From Camelus dromedarius (Eukaryota): a stretch of 64,000 nt of DNA. The stretch lies in assembly GCF_036321535.1 (NCBI RefSeq), contig NC_087436.1, positions 122,390,001-122,454,000 of the forward strand, given 5' to 3'. Position 1 is the first letter of the stretch, and each line of letters begins with the position of its first letter. Positions 48,901 through 61,235 of this stretch are shown piece after piece. The position numbers and the translations under genes were made by a program. The notes beneath the pieces were generated by a model. That model was not told the DNA's origin, ran no database searches, and saw nothing but the letters and a program-made list of their open reading frames with translations.

Positions 48901-51900
48901 CTTCAGATGGGGTTTCAGGATGGGGCGGGAACTTCCTGGGATTTGCCCTTAATCAGGGCCTTGGGCGGGGGAGGTTTACCTGTGCCTCAGTCAAGTCACA
49001 CGTTATCTCTGTCTGGGGAAGGGGGCGGAGTGGCTTCCCATCTGGGTAGGGCCCCGGGGCCAAACCCAGCTGAGGCGTCGATGTAGGGGCGCACCGGGAG
49101 CCCCCGTACTGGCCTGGATGGGCCCTTCTTTCTCAGGCCTCAGCACTGCAGCCGCCTCCCACTGCCCACGGACCCCCAGCGGGGGAGGGCCCGGGCTGGC
49201 CCAGACGCTGATTGCGCCCAGTGGGCGGCAGACTGTCCTGGCCAGCGTGGCCTCTCCTAGCCCTTGGAGCCTCCCTTAGCTGGTCCCACTACCCTGTGCC
49301 AGAGCCTGGGAGGCCCCAGACCGCAGGGGCTGACACTCAAGGGGAGGGAACTTTCCTGAACCAGTGCCCTTGAAATCCACTTTGGGGGGATGCCTTCAAA
49401 CTGAATTTCTCCCTCACTGCCCGGCATGAATGGGCTCTGGCTCCGGGCTGAAGGGGACCTGCCTCCAGCCAGGCAGTGATGGCCGAGCAGGAGGAAGGCC
49501 TGAGGCCAGCAGGTCAGGGGCAGGGGGAGAGGGGGTGGGGGGAGGGTGTGGAGATGTCAGTCCTCCCCCCTTGGTTGGGGCGGGTGGGTGGAGCGGGATG
49601 GGAGGGGCTCGGAGGCTCTGGGGCGGTTAGCCCGGCCTGCCTCCATCTCTCCTGCTCAGGCCTGTCCCGGCTGGGCCTTCCCGGAACCCAGCTGCCGTGC
49701 TGGGTGGGGCGGGGGTCTGTGCCATCCACCCCCGTTCCAGCGGGGGCCCTCTTCGCAGTCCCTCAGCCCATGGGCTGGAGGCAGGCCCAGGCTGCAGGGG
49801 TCCTCTCAGAGCTGCCTCAGCGCCCCTCAACAGAGGGGGACACTGTCCCCTTCTCTCAGCCCAGGCCCAGATGTCCCAAGGTGAGCCCTTGGAGTCTTCC
49901 TCTGGGTCTTGGACTCTCCCAGTATACAGCAGGACTCACCAGGTCTGTCCTGGGCTGTCTCTCACCGCTTCCCCCTCATGCCTTCTGACCTAGGCTCCCT
50001 GCCACTGGCCCCCACTCTCACCTGGCACCTGCCTTCGTCCTGCAGAAGCCCCTGCCCTCCTCCCCGCCAGGGCAGCCTGGCCCCAGCCAAGCCTGGTCCC
50101 ACATGCACAGTCAGCCAGGGTTTATCAAGGGGACAGAGGGAACAGGGAATCCTTGAGTGACCGGTCCAGTGGAGGGGTGGGAGGGTGCAGAGTGATGGAG
50201 TGGTGACCAGAGGAGTGGACATAGGTGCTCAGTGAGTCGCGAGGTCTCTGGGTGGCCAAGTTGGGTAGAGATGGCTGGGCGCACGCTGCGGGGTGAGTAA
50301 GTGGGTGTAGTGGGTGGGCTCGCAGGGAGGGGTGGTGGGCGGGCGGAGGGTGGAGGCGTGAGTCTGTGGAGGACAGGAATGGAAACGGAAGCCTGTCCCC
50401 CAGATCCTGGAGTCGCACCTGGCGGTTTTCTGAGCTGTCAGGGAGGTGGTGAGAGTCCCAAGAGAGGGCAGGCTTGGCCTGTTTGGAGAGTGTGGCCTGC
50501 GGCACCTGCCTGGGCCAGGCGGGCCTTGGCTGGGAGACGGCTGTTGGCACAAGCAGTGTGGGGGCCCCGGGGGAATTGGCAGGAGGCCAGAGTCCACCAG
50601 GGTCGGCTGGAGGGTCTGGCCCAGGTTAGTCCTGGCCCCAGTGGGGCATCCCTCTGCCTCCCCAGCCTGGAGGAGAGCTGGGCCATCGGCGGGTGGGAGG
50701 GGTGAGCCATCAGCCTGGGGGGCCCAGCGGGGACGAGAGCCCACGCTTGCCTCAGTGGGCCCCCATCACTCCCGCTCACAGCAGGCGTGAGGCCGAAGGA
50801 TGATGTCACGTCTGCTGCGGGTGCCCCAGCGCCTGGCGGCAGGCTCACAGCCCAGGGGCATTGCCAGCCGGGGTGCCTTGCCCAGGGCTGGGCCAGGTCC
50901 CCACCTCAACCCTGCCAGCCTCAGGCCACCCCTGGGTCGCCGAGCAGGCGGGCCACCATCGCCTTGGGCAGCCTCACCTGACCTTCCTGTGTCCCCGGCC
51001 TCGTCCCTGGGCTGTGGCAGCCTGGCCGGGGCCAAGTGTGTGTTCCGCTCCTTTGAGGGGGCTGGTGCGGAGTCAGGCCAGGCCGGGTCACCTCTAGGGG
51101 CACTGGCTGCAGCAGAAGGTAGGGGTAATGGTGGAGCCTCCCCCAGGGGCAGGGCCAGGAGAGGCACGGGCACCTGCCCAGGACAGAGCAAGACCTCCAC
51201 GTCCGCCTGGACGCCCAGGGGTGGGCCCTCTGCCCTGTGCCTGTTTTACAGGCCGGTCATTGAGGCGTGGTGGTGGCAGGGCCAGGGGTTGCCTGAGGCA
51301 CTGACTCCACTGATTGGATGAGCTGGTTGCCCTCTAGCCCAGGCCAGCATCAGCAGGGCCAGGTGAGGGCCAGCCTGGCCTGGGTCCTGTCTACCCTCTC
51401 CCACTGCTGCCGACCCATCTGCCCACCCTCCTCACTGCCATCACTCCCCCAGAGTCCACCCGCCTGCTCCGCTGGATGCAGGGGAGGGTGAGGGTCTCCA
51501 GGCTGACAAAGAGGCAGAAATGAAATCTTGGCCTCTCAAGGCCCCTCACCACTCACCCATCCCCTGGCTGTCTTGCCCACGCAGGCAGTGCTGAACTGGG
51601 TGGTGGTGCAGCCAGACAGGAGAAGAGGAGGGGTCTCAGGCGGACAAGGGCTGCCATCTCCACGGAAGAGCCAGGAAGGCTGAGCGGGCAAATCTTATTA
51701 GGTGGCAGACTTCCGAAGCCCAGCTGCTGACCGCCCAGCGACCTTCCTCATCCGCCGCTCACCCAGTGTGTGCACTGCCCTCAGGGGCTGGATCTTCCTG
51801 AGCAGGTAGAACCAGGGCCCCCAGCTGCCTCCTGCTGCCATCACTGTCTTTGGCCTGGTGCGGCCATCCCGGGCCCCACGCAGCCCCTGGTCCTCACTCC

Positions 51901-52079
51901 TGGCTGAGAAGTCTGCTGGGCGCTTCCTTGCCTGGCAGGAGCTGAAGGTGTGTGGCCTGTTCAGCACTGGGACCGAGGAGATGGACTTTCCCAGACAGCA
52001 TGGTCCAGGCCATCTCCTAACCCAGGGCCCAAGTGAGTGACCCGAATCCCTGGCACACTGGGCTCCTGCTGGCCCCTGC

Positions 52080-52235
52080 TCTGGAGTCTGGGCCAGCCCA
52101 GCCCCACAGCTCCCAGCTTGGAAGGGCCCCCAGGTCAGGGTACCGACCCCTCAGGGTCAGACTGTGTGGCCCAGCAGGTCCAAGCCTCAGTTTCCCCACC
52201 TGTAAAATGGAAATCATGACCAATAACAGCCACTC
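52080..52235 (+). mobile_element. MIR fragment
   Basis: AAGCCTCAGTTTCCCCACCTGTAAAATGGAAATCATG matches the MIR core. Confidence 0.7.
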
Positions 52236-55200
52236 CCATCCTGGCGGTGAACTGGGCAGTGAACCCTGTGCCACAGGGGCCACTGTCACCCTAGAGGGGG
52301 CCTGGCCTGTCCTCTCTTCCTCCTGCCAGCCTGGGGCCCAGCACGGAGCGGCTGTCAATGGGGTCCCCATCTGGAAACGATTGTGCTCGTGGCCCTCAAA
52401 GATATAATTAAAACATATTGGGTTTTTATGCTCCTTCCTTGGCTGGGGAGGAATCCAGGCTGGTTATGAAACCGGATCGCTCTGACGCTGGGCCCGGGAG
52501 TGTCACTGTCCCATGTGGGCTGCCTCCACGGGCTGCCTCAAAGCACCCGTTGAGCCACTGAGGCCGCGGGCCACGGCTTCTCTGCCCCCAACCCTGCCTC
52601 CTGCCCTGGTCCTGAGCAGTCCTGTCCACGTTGGGGCAGCTTCTGTGCTGGTTGTTCCCAGGCCACAGGCAATGATCCAGCTGCCAGTGGGAGCCTCGCT
52701 CCTCCCCTCAGGGTCTCCTGCTGAGTGGTGGGCAGTGAGACCCCAGCTTGGTCCTGCCTCTCCTCCCCCGGGAGCACCTTCTCCGTCCTCCTTCCTCATC
52801 CTCCAGACCTCGCCTCCGCCGGGAAGCTTCCCTGGCTGGTGACCCATTGCAGGACGGGGGTCCCCCTCTCCCGAACAGCCCCTTGGTGAAATTAAAGGGT
52901 CATTCTGGCCCCCAAGGAGGGTGTGGCCCAGGGAGATTTGGGGTGAGAGGCACCTCAGAGGCTCGCTTGCCCACCAAGGCCAGCCCCTCCCCCCGCCGTG
53001 GGACCTCTGTCAAACCACGGGCTCAAGGGTCCAGGAGCTGATAAGAGCTGTCCAATGAAGCCCCAGGAACAGGTGGCTCCTGCTGGTGGAGCCCAAGGGA
53101 GCAAGTGTCGGGTGGGTGCTGGCTGGGCTCCTCCTCCTCCGGGGAGCCCTCCTTACCTCCCCCTCAGACTGCAGAAAGCTCAGCTTCCCCTGAGGGGCTC
53201 AAGGTAACCACAGGCCCTGGTTCTGCCTTCCTCCTCTCCCCGGCCTGAGCTGACACTGGATAGGGGTGACCCTGAGAATGTCAGGAGAGTCCTGCTCACA
53301 GCAGCTGCTGCTCCTGTCACCGCAGGGCTCAAAGCAGCACAGCCTCCCAGGGAGGGGAATGGAGCGGCAAGGATCTGGGCCCCCCAGAAACCTGGGCCAG
53401 GGATCACGGTGCGGGCCCCAGGTTGGGTAGCTCAGCCCCTCTCCAGCTGCCCGTTCAGCTTGGAATAGGTGACAAGCTCAGCCTGGCTGTGCCCCCTGCC
53501 CGCCCCTGGCAGCAGGACCTGAGGCTCTAACTGTCGGGAGGGGCCCTGGGGCAAGCGGCGTGTTGCTCATTGCCAGGGAGAGCAGGCTGGACGCGGCTGG
53601 GACCAGTGGCCTCTCCAGGCTTGGGCTGGGGTGGCACAGCAGCCCTGGTGTGGGCTTAGCACCAGCCCTTTGTCTGAACGTATGGAGGCGCAGAGACCCT
53701 CAGCCAACTGCATCAGTCTTGCTCCCACCATGCCTCGCGCAGCCCGACACCAGAGCCCACGGCCTTGACCCCGGTGTCCCCACCGCCCTCCCAGCACCTC
53801 CCACGGGCTGGGCCCAGAGGTCACTATCCCTGCCATTGCCCCTCTGAGAACTTCCTCACCCCACACTGGGCCTCCCTGAGGCTGGCTGCATCTCTGGACT
53901 GGGATCCCCAGGCTGGGTGCCTGCCCTGGGGCCAGCCCGCAGGTGACCTCCCCTTCCTGCCCTCTTTTCCACGTCCCCTGTTGTGGGAGCTTCCCTGAGC
54001 CTCGCTCTCTCAGAATCTCAGAGTGGAAAGTGGGGAAGGTGACTTCTCAGGCTGCGGGGCAGGGGGCACCGGGGGGACAGGGGGGCAGTGTGAACTTTTC
54101 TGGGAGGGGCTCCTCTGAGAACCCCAGTTCCCAGCAGGTGGGGCTCTGACCAGGCTTGGAGCAGGGCTCAGCGAAGGGGCAGGCACAGATTCTGGGTGGG
54201 TGGACTGGAGGCAGGAGCAGGGGACACAGCTGGCCTGGGGCCTTTTTCCTTTAACCATTGCTGGTCTAGAGAGACCTTATGACCACCTGTGGGAGGTCAG
54301 AGGCCTGGGGACTTTGATGTGAGGATGGGGCCCAGAGCCTGGCCACCAGAGTGGGGACAGACAGAGAGACAAGCCTTGGCTTGCCACGTCCCTGGCTCCT
54401 GTCACCTCTGCCTCCTGCTCTGTTCAGGCTAAGCTCCTGCCTGGGTCCTGGCTCACCAGCCTCCCCCTGGCCTGGCATCTGGCGAGGCCCAAGGCACCTC
54501 TTCTAGGAAGCCAGCCTCAGCTGTCCCTGGCCGGGAAAGGGGCGTGTCACACTGGGCCCGATGGGGCACTCGGGGCCAGACAAGCCTGGGCTCGGGGCAA
54601 GGACACATTCCTGCTTTCTGAGCCCGTGGGGAGGGGGTTCCCAGAAGTGCTGAGGAGGCCTGGCCGGCAGCCCGGGGGAAGAGCCCCTGGCGCTTCCTGC
54701 TTGGTGAGAGAGAAACACGGCAACAACACGGCCTCTACTGCCAGCCCTCGCCGGCCTCCCTCTGCCCAGGCCGGGGGCTGGCCTCGGATCCGACCAGACA
54801 AGGCCCAGCCCCTGGCCGACCCTGCCCCTGGGGCGGCTGGCATCCCGTCACTGTGTCCTCTGGTGCCACTGAGCCCGTGCTGTGCCCCCGCCCACTGTGC
54901 CCACCAGCTGCCCTGCTGTCCTCAGCATCTCCGTCAGGGCCGTGCTCTGGTTGTCACCATCCGCAGGAGGACACAGGTTCAGGACCCTCTCCAGGAAGCA
55001 GAGGAGGGTGGATGATCAGGGCAGGGTGGGGAGAGGGCTGTGGGACCTCGGGCGGGCAAGTCTTGTTGCCTGTAGGGTGGGGTCCCGCCGTGGCCTGCCC
55101 TGCTGAGGGGGTGAGGTGAGATCATGCTCCAGGCGGGTGAGCCAGCACCTGGTGTGGGGAGCGCGCCCGGAGGAAGCAGCACAGTGGGCACGTTGGGGCG

Positions 55201-56589
55201 GGCGCGGAGCTGGCACACCCACCTGGCCCTGAGCCTGGGTGCGGCCTCCCCAGGGGACACAGCGACCTCGGTGGCCGAGAGGCGGGACTTCAGACACCAA
55301 CCACGTCTGAAGTCTCCTTTAGAAGAGAGGCCCCTGCCTGGCAATGCCCACTCCTCCAGAAAGCCCCTGGCTGCCAGGCTGGCCCACATGGGGCCCCCTA
55401 CGGGGATGAGGGGTGAGCCTGATCCCAAGGCCTGGGCCTTTTGGCGTGGGGTGGCCACAGCCTGGCACTGAGCCCACTGCTCTATAGGCAGCTGACCTGT
55501 TTCTCTCCCTTTGCTTCTCAGGGGCTTGGCGGCCTCCGTGGTGAACAGAACCCCGCAGCGTGCCTTTGGGGGCGTGCAGTAAAGTTGGTGACTGCCGCTG
55601 CTCCGGAGGAGCTGGACTCATGGTGGCTGAGGGGATGGGGCGGTCTTTGTCTCTTTTTTTGAAACCTGGAGATCCAGGTTCTCCAGATGCCAGGCTCTGG
55701 GGGCGGGAGGGGCGCCTTGTGGGTGAGTAGCCCTGACACCCAGCTCTGAGGGCCCAGTGACTGGGCAATGAGGCGTGAGCCTCCAGGTGGATGTAGAGAG
55801 CGAGCAGGGCTGTGTGACTGAGGGACTGAGAGCAAACAGCGGGCCCCTGGTGCGACAGGAAGGCTCAGAGGAGCCCTGCCATCTAGGTCCCCCCCCGGCT
55901 CAGCTCCGTGTGTGAGCCGCCCGAGGGCTGGACGCAGGGCATGGGGACATGATGCTGGGCCGGCCTGGCCATGTGTTTCTGATTCCCTGCTGCCTCCCCA
56001 GCATGGTGCTTGTGCAAGATGTGCCCCTTCCCTTGGTGCGAGAGGACTCACCCTGCAGCCTCAGCCCATGGGGGTGGGGGGCAGCTGGACCCTGGTGGGA
56101 GGCTGCCTTCCAGGCCCAAAGGAGCCTGAGGGTCGCTGGCTCCTGACAGCTGGGCGGCAGAGAGGGTGAGGGTCCTGCGTGTGTTTCCAGAGCACAGACA
56201 GAGCCGGGCCAGTCCAACCGCCGGCCTCCCAGGGCTGACCCTCCCCACCACCTGCCCACTGGGGAGCGGCTGGGTCAGCTGGGGCTAGGGGGGCCTGCAC
56301 CCTGTTTTCAGGCCTTGCTGGGGCTTGGGGCCAGCTGCCTCCCTGGGTCAGTGTCCCCCGACCCTGTCCCCTCCCCTATGCTGCCTGCTGCTCTGGCCTC
56401 CAATGCGCCAGGGACCCTGGAGCTCTTGCCCAGCCAGCTCCCGTGGTGTGAGTGCCCCGCCTAAGAAGTGTGACAGCCGCGGGCGCGCCTCCATGGCCTG
56501 CAGGGCCTGGGGCAGGGGGCACAGTGGAGAAGCACTGTACCTTCCTGGTTGGAGCCCCACAGGAGGCACCGCACCCTTTCCTCCCTGCT

Positions 56590-56809
56590 CTCCGCCCCTC
56601 CCCTGTGGCACCGTCACCTCTCGAGATGCTCTGTGTTGGCTTGTTTATCCCTTCACTCTCCGCTTCCCCCCACCCCACCCTAGCCAGAAAGTTGGCTCCA
56701 GCAGGGCAGGGACTGGACGGGTCTGTCCCCGGCTGACCCCAGGGCCTAGAACAAAGCTTGGAACAGAGGGGGTGCTCAGCATACGTCTGTCGTGTGAATG
56801 AATGAATGA
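56590..56809 (+). mobile_element. L2 3' end
   Basis: GCTCCAGCAGGGCAGGGAC...CAGGGCCTAGAACA...GGTGCTCAG...TGAATGAATGAATGA tail. Confidence 0.7.
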
Positions 56810-57421
56810 CCCAGCGTGTGGCGCTGTCTTCGAGTCTCAGGGTCCCGCTCCTCAGGACTGACGGGATGCCGGGCTCGGTGCTGGTGGGGGTCTGCTGCCT
56901 CCTGGAGCTGTCTCCTGGCGTGGGCCCTGGGAGATGAGAGCAGACAGCTCTGGGCAGGGCAGAGGGCAGGGCAGGACTGAGGTCACCCCGATGGAAGCCC
57001 TGGGGCCCCTTCACTGCTGTGTCCCCACAGGCCGTGCGACTAGACAGTGTGGTTCCGCCGAGGCACTGCCTGTGGCTCGTGGCCCTGCTGCCTGGTTGGT
57101 GGGGGGTCACCCACCAGGCTGGGCACACCTGGGAAAGGGTGCCCCCTGGTGGGACCCTTCCAGCTCGCTTTAACCCCAGCACTGCCCTAGCCCTCTGGCT
57201 CTCTGACACTCTGCAGGACCCCCACCTTCCCTCCCAAGACCCCTCCCAGATTTTGCCCACTGAGTGGCGCCTGCCAGAACAGGCTCTCAGGCAGGTCCGG
57301 TCCGGCCCCTACGAGTGGACAGACGAAGACCCAGTGGGCAGACAGCAGCCGAGGCCAGTGTCGCGCCCGCCCGTCCACCTGCCAGCACCCAAGGCAGCCA
57401 CCCTGCCCCACTCAGGAGCCC

Positions 57422-57562
57422 TTTCTTTTCATAAGTGGGGAGGTAGTTAGGTTTATTTATTTATTTTCTTCTGTGTTTATTTTTAGAGGAGGCCCCAGGG
57501 ACTGAACCGGGGCCTCATGCATGCTGAGCACGCGCTCCGCCGCAGAGCTGCATCCTTCCCCC
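57422..57562 (-). mobile_element. tRNA-derived SINE, Vic-1-like (camelid)
   Basis: Minus strand reads GGGGAAGGATGCAGCTCTGCGGCGGAGCGCGTGCTCAGCATGCATGAGGCCCCGGTTCAGTCCC (degenerate A and B boxes), then (AAAT)n-AAACCTAACTACCTCCCC and an A-rich tail. Confidence 0.75.
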
Positions 57563-59588
57563 AGAGCACCTTCTGTCCAGACTCAGAGGCCAATACTCAG
57601 TGTCTCACGTTCTCTGTTGTCCACCCCTGTCTCAGCTCCACAGCCAGGCCTGGTCAGCACCTGCTTGACTCAGGAGTGGGCACCGAGGGGTGGATGGACA
57701 GGCAGCCAGTGTACGAGGAAGGGGGACAGGAGAGGGACAGTCCTCTAGCAGGGTGGGGCCTTAGAGGACACCATCTGTGGGGACCTGGCCATTGCCCCAC
57801 CGGGCACAGCCCCGCTCCCTCCCTCCCTCCCTCATTCACGCACTCATTCACTCATTCACTCACTCGCTCGCTCACTGCCTTTCATCCCACCCACTGTCTG
57901 CAAGGGGCGTGACTCCTCACCTTACTTCCTACCCTAAAGCCAGGGGGTCTGAGGGAGGTCTTTGGTGCCCGCAATCCCATTCATCCATTCACTCTACGAA
58001 CACCTGTGTACTGTCCAGATTGCTTGGTGCCCAGCACCAGGTTTGGAACAAGGGATGTTTCTCCGAGGAGTCCGGCCACTCTGGAAGCCTTATGGAAGTG
58101 AGGGCCACTGTGTGCCTCGGCGGCCTAGCTGGTGGTTCAGAGGCCAGAGTGCAGTGTCCGCCTCACCACAGGGCAGCCCAGAAAATCACTGGGCTGGACA
58201 AAGCCTGGACTGGGGAGGGAGGGCCTGGGCTCTGCTGTAGACCCATCTCGCAGCCCCACGCAGGCTTGTTCAGACCCTCAGTGGTGATGGTGCCAGCCCC
58301 CTACACTCCCTGGGCCCGGGCTCTGCCATTCACAAGCTGGAGAGGGCCTGGGCCATGCACAAGGGTTTAAAGGATGGAGGGACACTGTGAAAGGGGAAGA
58401 TCAGCACCCCCCAAGAGTTGGCAGGGCACAAAAGGGGGTGGGCCCTCCACTCCCACAGTGGTGTGGAGGGGAGGGGCCGGTCTGGATCGCTCTGAGGACA
58501 CGGTCACTGCTCAGCCAGCCTCAGACTGGCTCAACAATGCCCCCTGCGGGCCGCTGGACTCAATGGCTTCTGCGCAGCCCCAGCAGTCTGGGTCAGGGCG
58601 CGTGGGGGTCCGAGTACCTGGGTGGGGTCAGGAGAGCTGGGGCTGGGCCAGGGCTGGGGGTAGTACAGGCCGCCTGGGGTCTGGGGTCTGGGGAGTGGAG
58701 GCTGCTCGGGGCCAGGGCCGGGATGTGCATGCCTGTCCCCACACACACAGACCCTGCAGGCGCAGGCGTGCGCCCCCTCACGGACACACACCACACAGCC
58801 CCGGAGGATGGCTTCAGCTGAGTGAGGACGCTCCTCCTCTGGCCCGGTCCTGCCCAGAGGGGCCAGCTGTTCCCCAGTGTGCCCCCACTTCCTGAGTGTG
58901 TGGTGGTCTGCTGGGCCCCCTGTCTAGGACCCCTGGGAGGACACAGGAACATGAACCGAGGCACTGGGGCAGCCCAAGGGGTCAGTGAGGGAGCGCAGAG
59001 TCTGGGCCTGCATGCTGGGTCACCGAGGCACGCACAGCACAGATGCCCCCGGGGAAGGACCCACGGATGGGATGGCAGTGCCAGAAAAGACTTCCAGGCA
59101 CCTGCTTGGCCTGGCAGCAACTCCCGTTGGCTTGGACCATGAGGGACTGAGGTGGGTCTGGGGCCCAGCCTGGGCTGGGGCAGTTGTGAGGGGAGGCAGC
59201 TCTGGGTTCCAGGGAAGCTGGGGGTGACCTGCAGGTGGGAGGGCAGGTATCAGATGGGGGCCTGGAGAGTGGGCTCGGCAAGGGGTCCCATTTTGGCCAG
59301 TCTCCCTGCATTCCCGTCCCTGTCAGGGGCTTGGCCACGTGGCTGGCAGCGGCTGGCCACAGAGAGCCATAACCGAGACATGAGGCAGCTACTGGCACCC
59401 CTCAGCCCACTGAGAGGGCCAAAAGCAGCCCAGGGTGGCCCGAGATGGACCCTCTGAGAAGGGTGGTGGGCAGTGAGGCCCCATTGGCCCTGCCTTCTCC
59501 GGGTGGGATGCCAGCTCAGGGTGGGGGTGGTCACAGCTGCAGGGGGACAGTGGGCAGTGGGTGGCCTTGGGCCAGGCAGCCCCAGTCA

Positions 59589-59945
59589 TGTTGACGCAGG
59601 CTGCTGTGACAAAGTACCACAGCCTGGGCCTTAAACAACAGACATTTATTTTCTCACAGTCCTGGAGGAAGTCTGAGCTCAGAGTGGAGGCCAGCTTGCT
59701 TCAGGGTGAGGGCCCGCTCCTGGCCTGCAGACGGCCGCCTTCTTGCTGGCCCCTCACAGTGGAGGCAGAGGAGGTCTGTTCTCTTCCTTTTCCTGTAAGG
59801 ACATTAACTCCATCATGGGGACCCCACACTCACGACCCCATCCAACCCTAATCACCTCCCAAAGGCCCCACCTCCTGATACCATCACCCTGGGGCTAGGG
59901 TTTCAGCACATGAATTTTGGGGGGACATACATCTGTTCTGTAACA
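59589..59945 (-). mobile_element. MaLR solo LTR, MLT1A/B-like
   Basis: GGCTGCTGTGACAAAGTACCACAG..TTAAACAACAGACATTTATTTTCTCACAGT..CCTAATCACCTCCCAAAGGCCCCACCTC..ATGAATTTTGGGGGGACA..TAACA closely follows the antisense MLT1A/B consensus. Confidence 0.88.
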
Positions 59946-60689
59946 GTAAGAAGCCAGGTTCCCGCCATGCCATGGGGAGGGTTCAGTGTCTGGGAGGCTC
60001 GGTCCACGAGGCCTCTGCTGCCGCCATTCCCATAATTCTCCCTGCTCAGCTAAGAGAACGAGGAGGTGGCCCCAGGACAGCTCTGTTTCCCCACGTCCCC
60101 ATCCTGGTAGGAGGTCCCCTGGCTTGGTGGTGACGATGTGCAGGGAGCCCAGGGGTGCGGAAGACCAGGCCTGCGGCTGCATGCCCAGCTCAGGTCGTGT
60201 TTACCCTTGGAAGGCCAGTGCCAGGGCCCCCACCCGGCCTCGTGGCCCCAAGTTAACTCGGGCTCCAGGATAAACACCCATTCAGCCGCACAAGGCCCCT
60301 TTGTCCAGAGAGAGGCTCCCGGCCCAGGATGCTGCCCGGCGGCCTGTGTCCTTAGTATGGCCAGCCGCCCCTCGTGGCCTCTGGGCAGACTCTTGGCCTG
60401 GCTCAGAGAGGCCCCGGCTGGGGACAGGGCCCCAGGCAGCTCTTGGAGTGGCCAGAGAGGCCAGGCTGAGCCAGGTGAGGAGGATGCCCCTCCAAGCCCC
60501 TCCAGAGCAGCCCGGAGCCTGCAAGGAGAAGCGGGGGCACACCTGCAGGGAGCTGAGGACACCACTGCTCCTAGCCGCAGAGCAGCTAGTCAGCTTGGAG
60601 GCGGCAGCCCTCCCCCGTCTGCCCAGGCAGGAGAGGGGTGCCCACACCCTGTACCCTGCAGGGCCTCCCCAGCCATTAGTTACTGGTCC

Positions 60690-60740
60690 CTGTGGCCTAG
60701 TTTCCTCACCTGTGAAATGGGCCTCAGCAGGATTTTGAGG
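60690..60740 (+). mobile_element. MIR fragment
   Basis: GCCTAGTTTCCTCACCTGTGAAATGGG matches the MIR core. Confidence 0.6.
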
Positions 60741-61129
60741 TCCCTCAGCTTCTGAGCTCCTCCTGGGTGGGAGTGAGGTGTGGGGTACCCATCCAGGGGC
60801 TGAAAGGGGGTTGGTCACTGTGCAGGGGAGGGGGGTGAGAGAGATTCTTGTCCAGGGACAGGGGTGGGGCTGACATTGGGGTGGGAGCCGGGAACGGGGC
60901 ACCAGGTTTGGGGCAGGCTTGGGGTCTGCACAGTGAGGGCAGGAGCCTGCATCACTCCAGGTAGGGGGTCCAGCGTGATGAGGAATCCCAGACCCCTGGC
61001 CAGTGGCCAGCCTGCCTGCCAGGAGGAGGCTGAGGGTGGCCTCTGCGTAGGCCTTGAGGGCCACCAGCCTCTTTTCTAAAGAGGGCCCATGGCCTGGGGC
61101 TGGCCTGGTGGGAGGGTCTGGCCCAGCCC

Positions 61130-61235
61130 AGGGGCTTGGCCCTTACACTGGGAGCTGGTAGCCATGGCAGGTTCTTGAGCACAGGAGGGACATGCTTGAT
61201 TTTGGTTGTTGTAAAATGACTGTGGCGGCTGTACC
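61130..61235 (-). mobile_element. L2 body fragment
   Basis: AGCCATGGCAGGTTCTTGAGCA..GACATG..TTGTAAAATGACTGTGGCGGCTG resembles antisense L2. Confidence 0.55.

Noticed and set aside
57490..57562. tRNA-like sequence with A and B boxes
   Set aside because: The boxes are degenerate, there is no intact cloverleaf, and an A-rich SINE tail follows. It is a SINE, not a tRNA gene.
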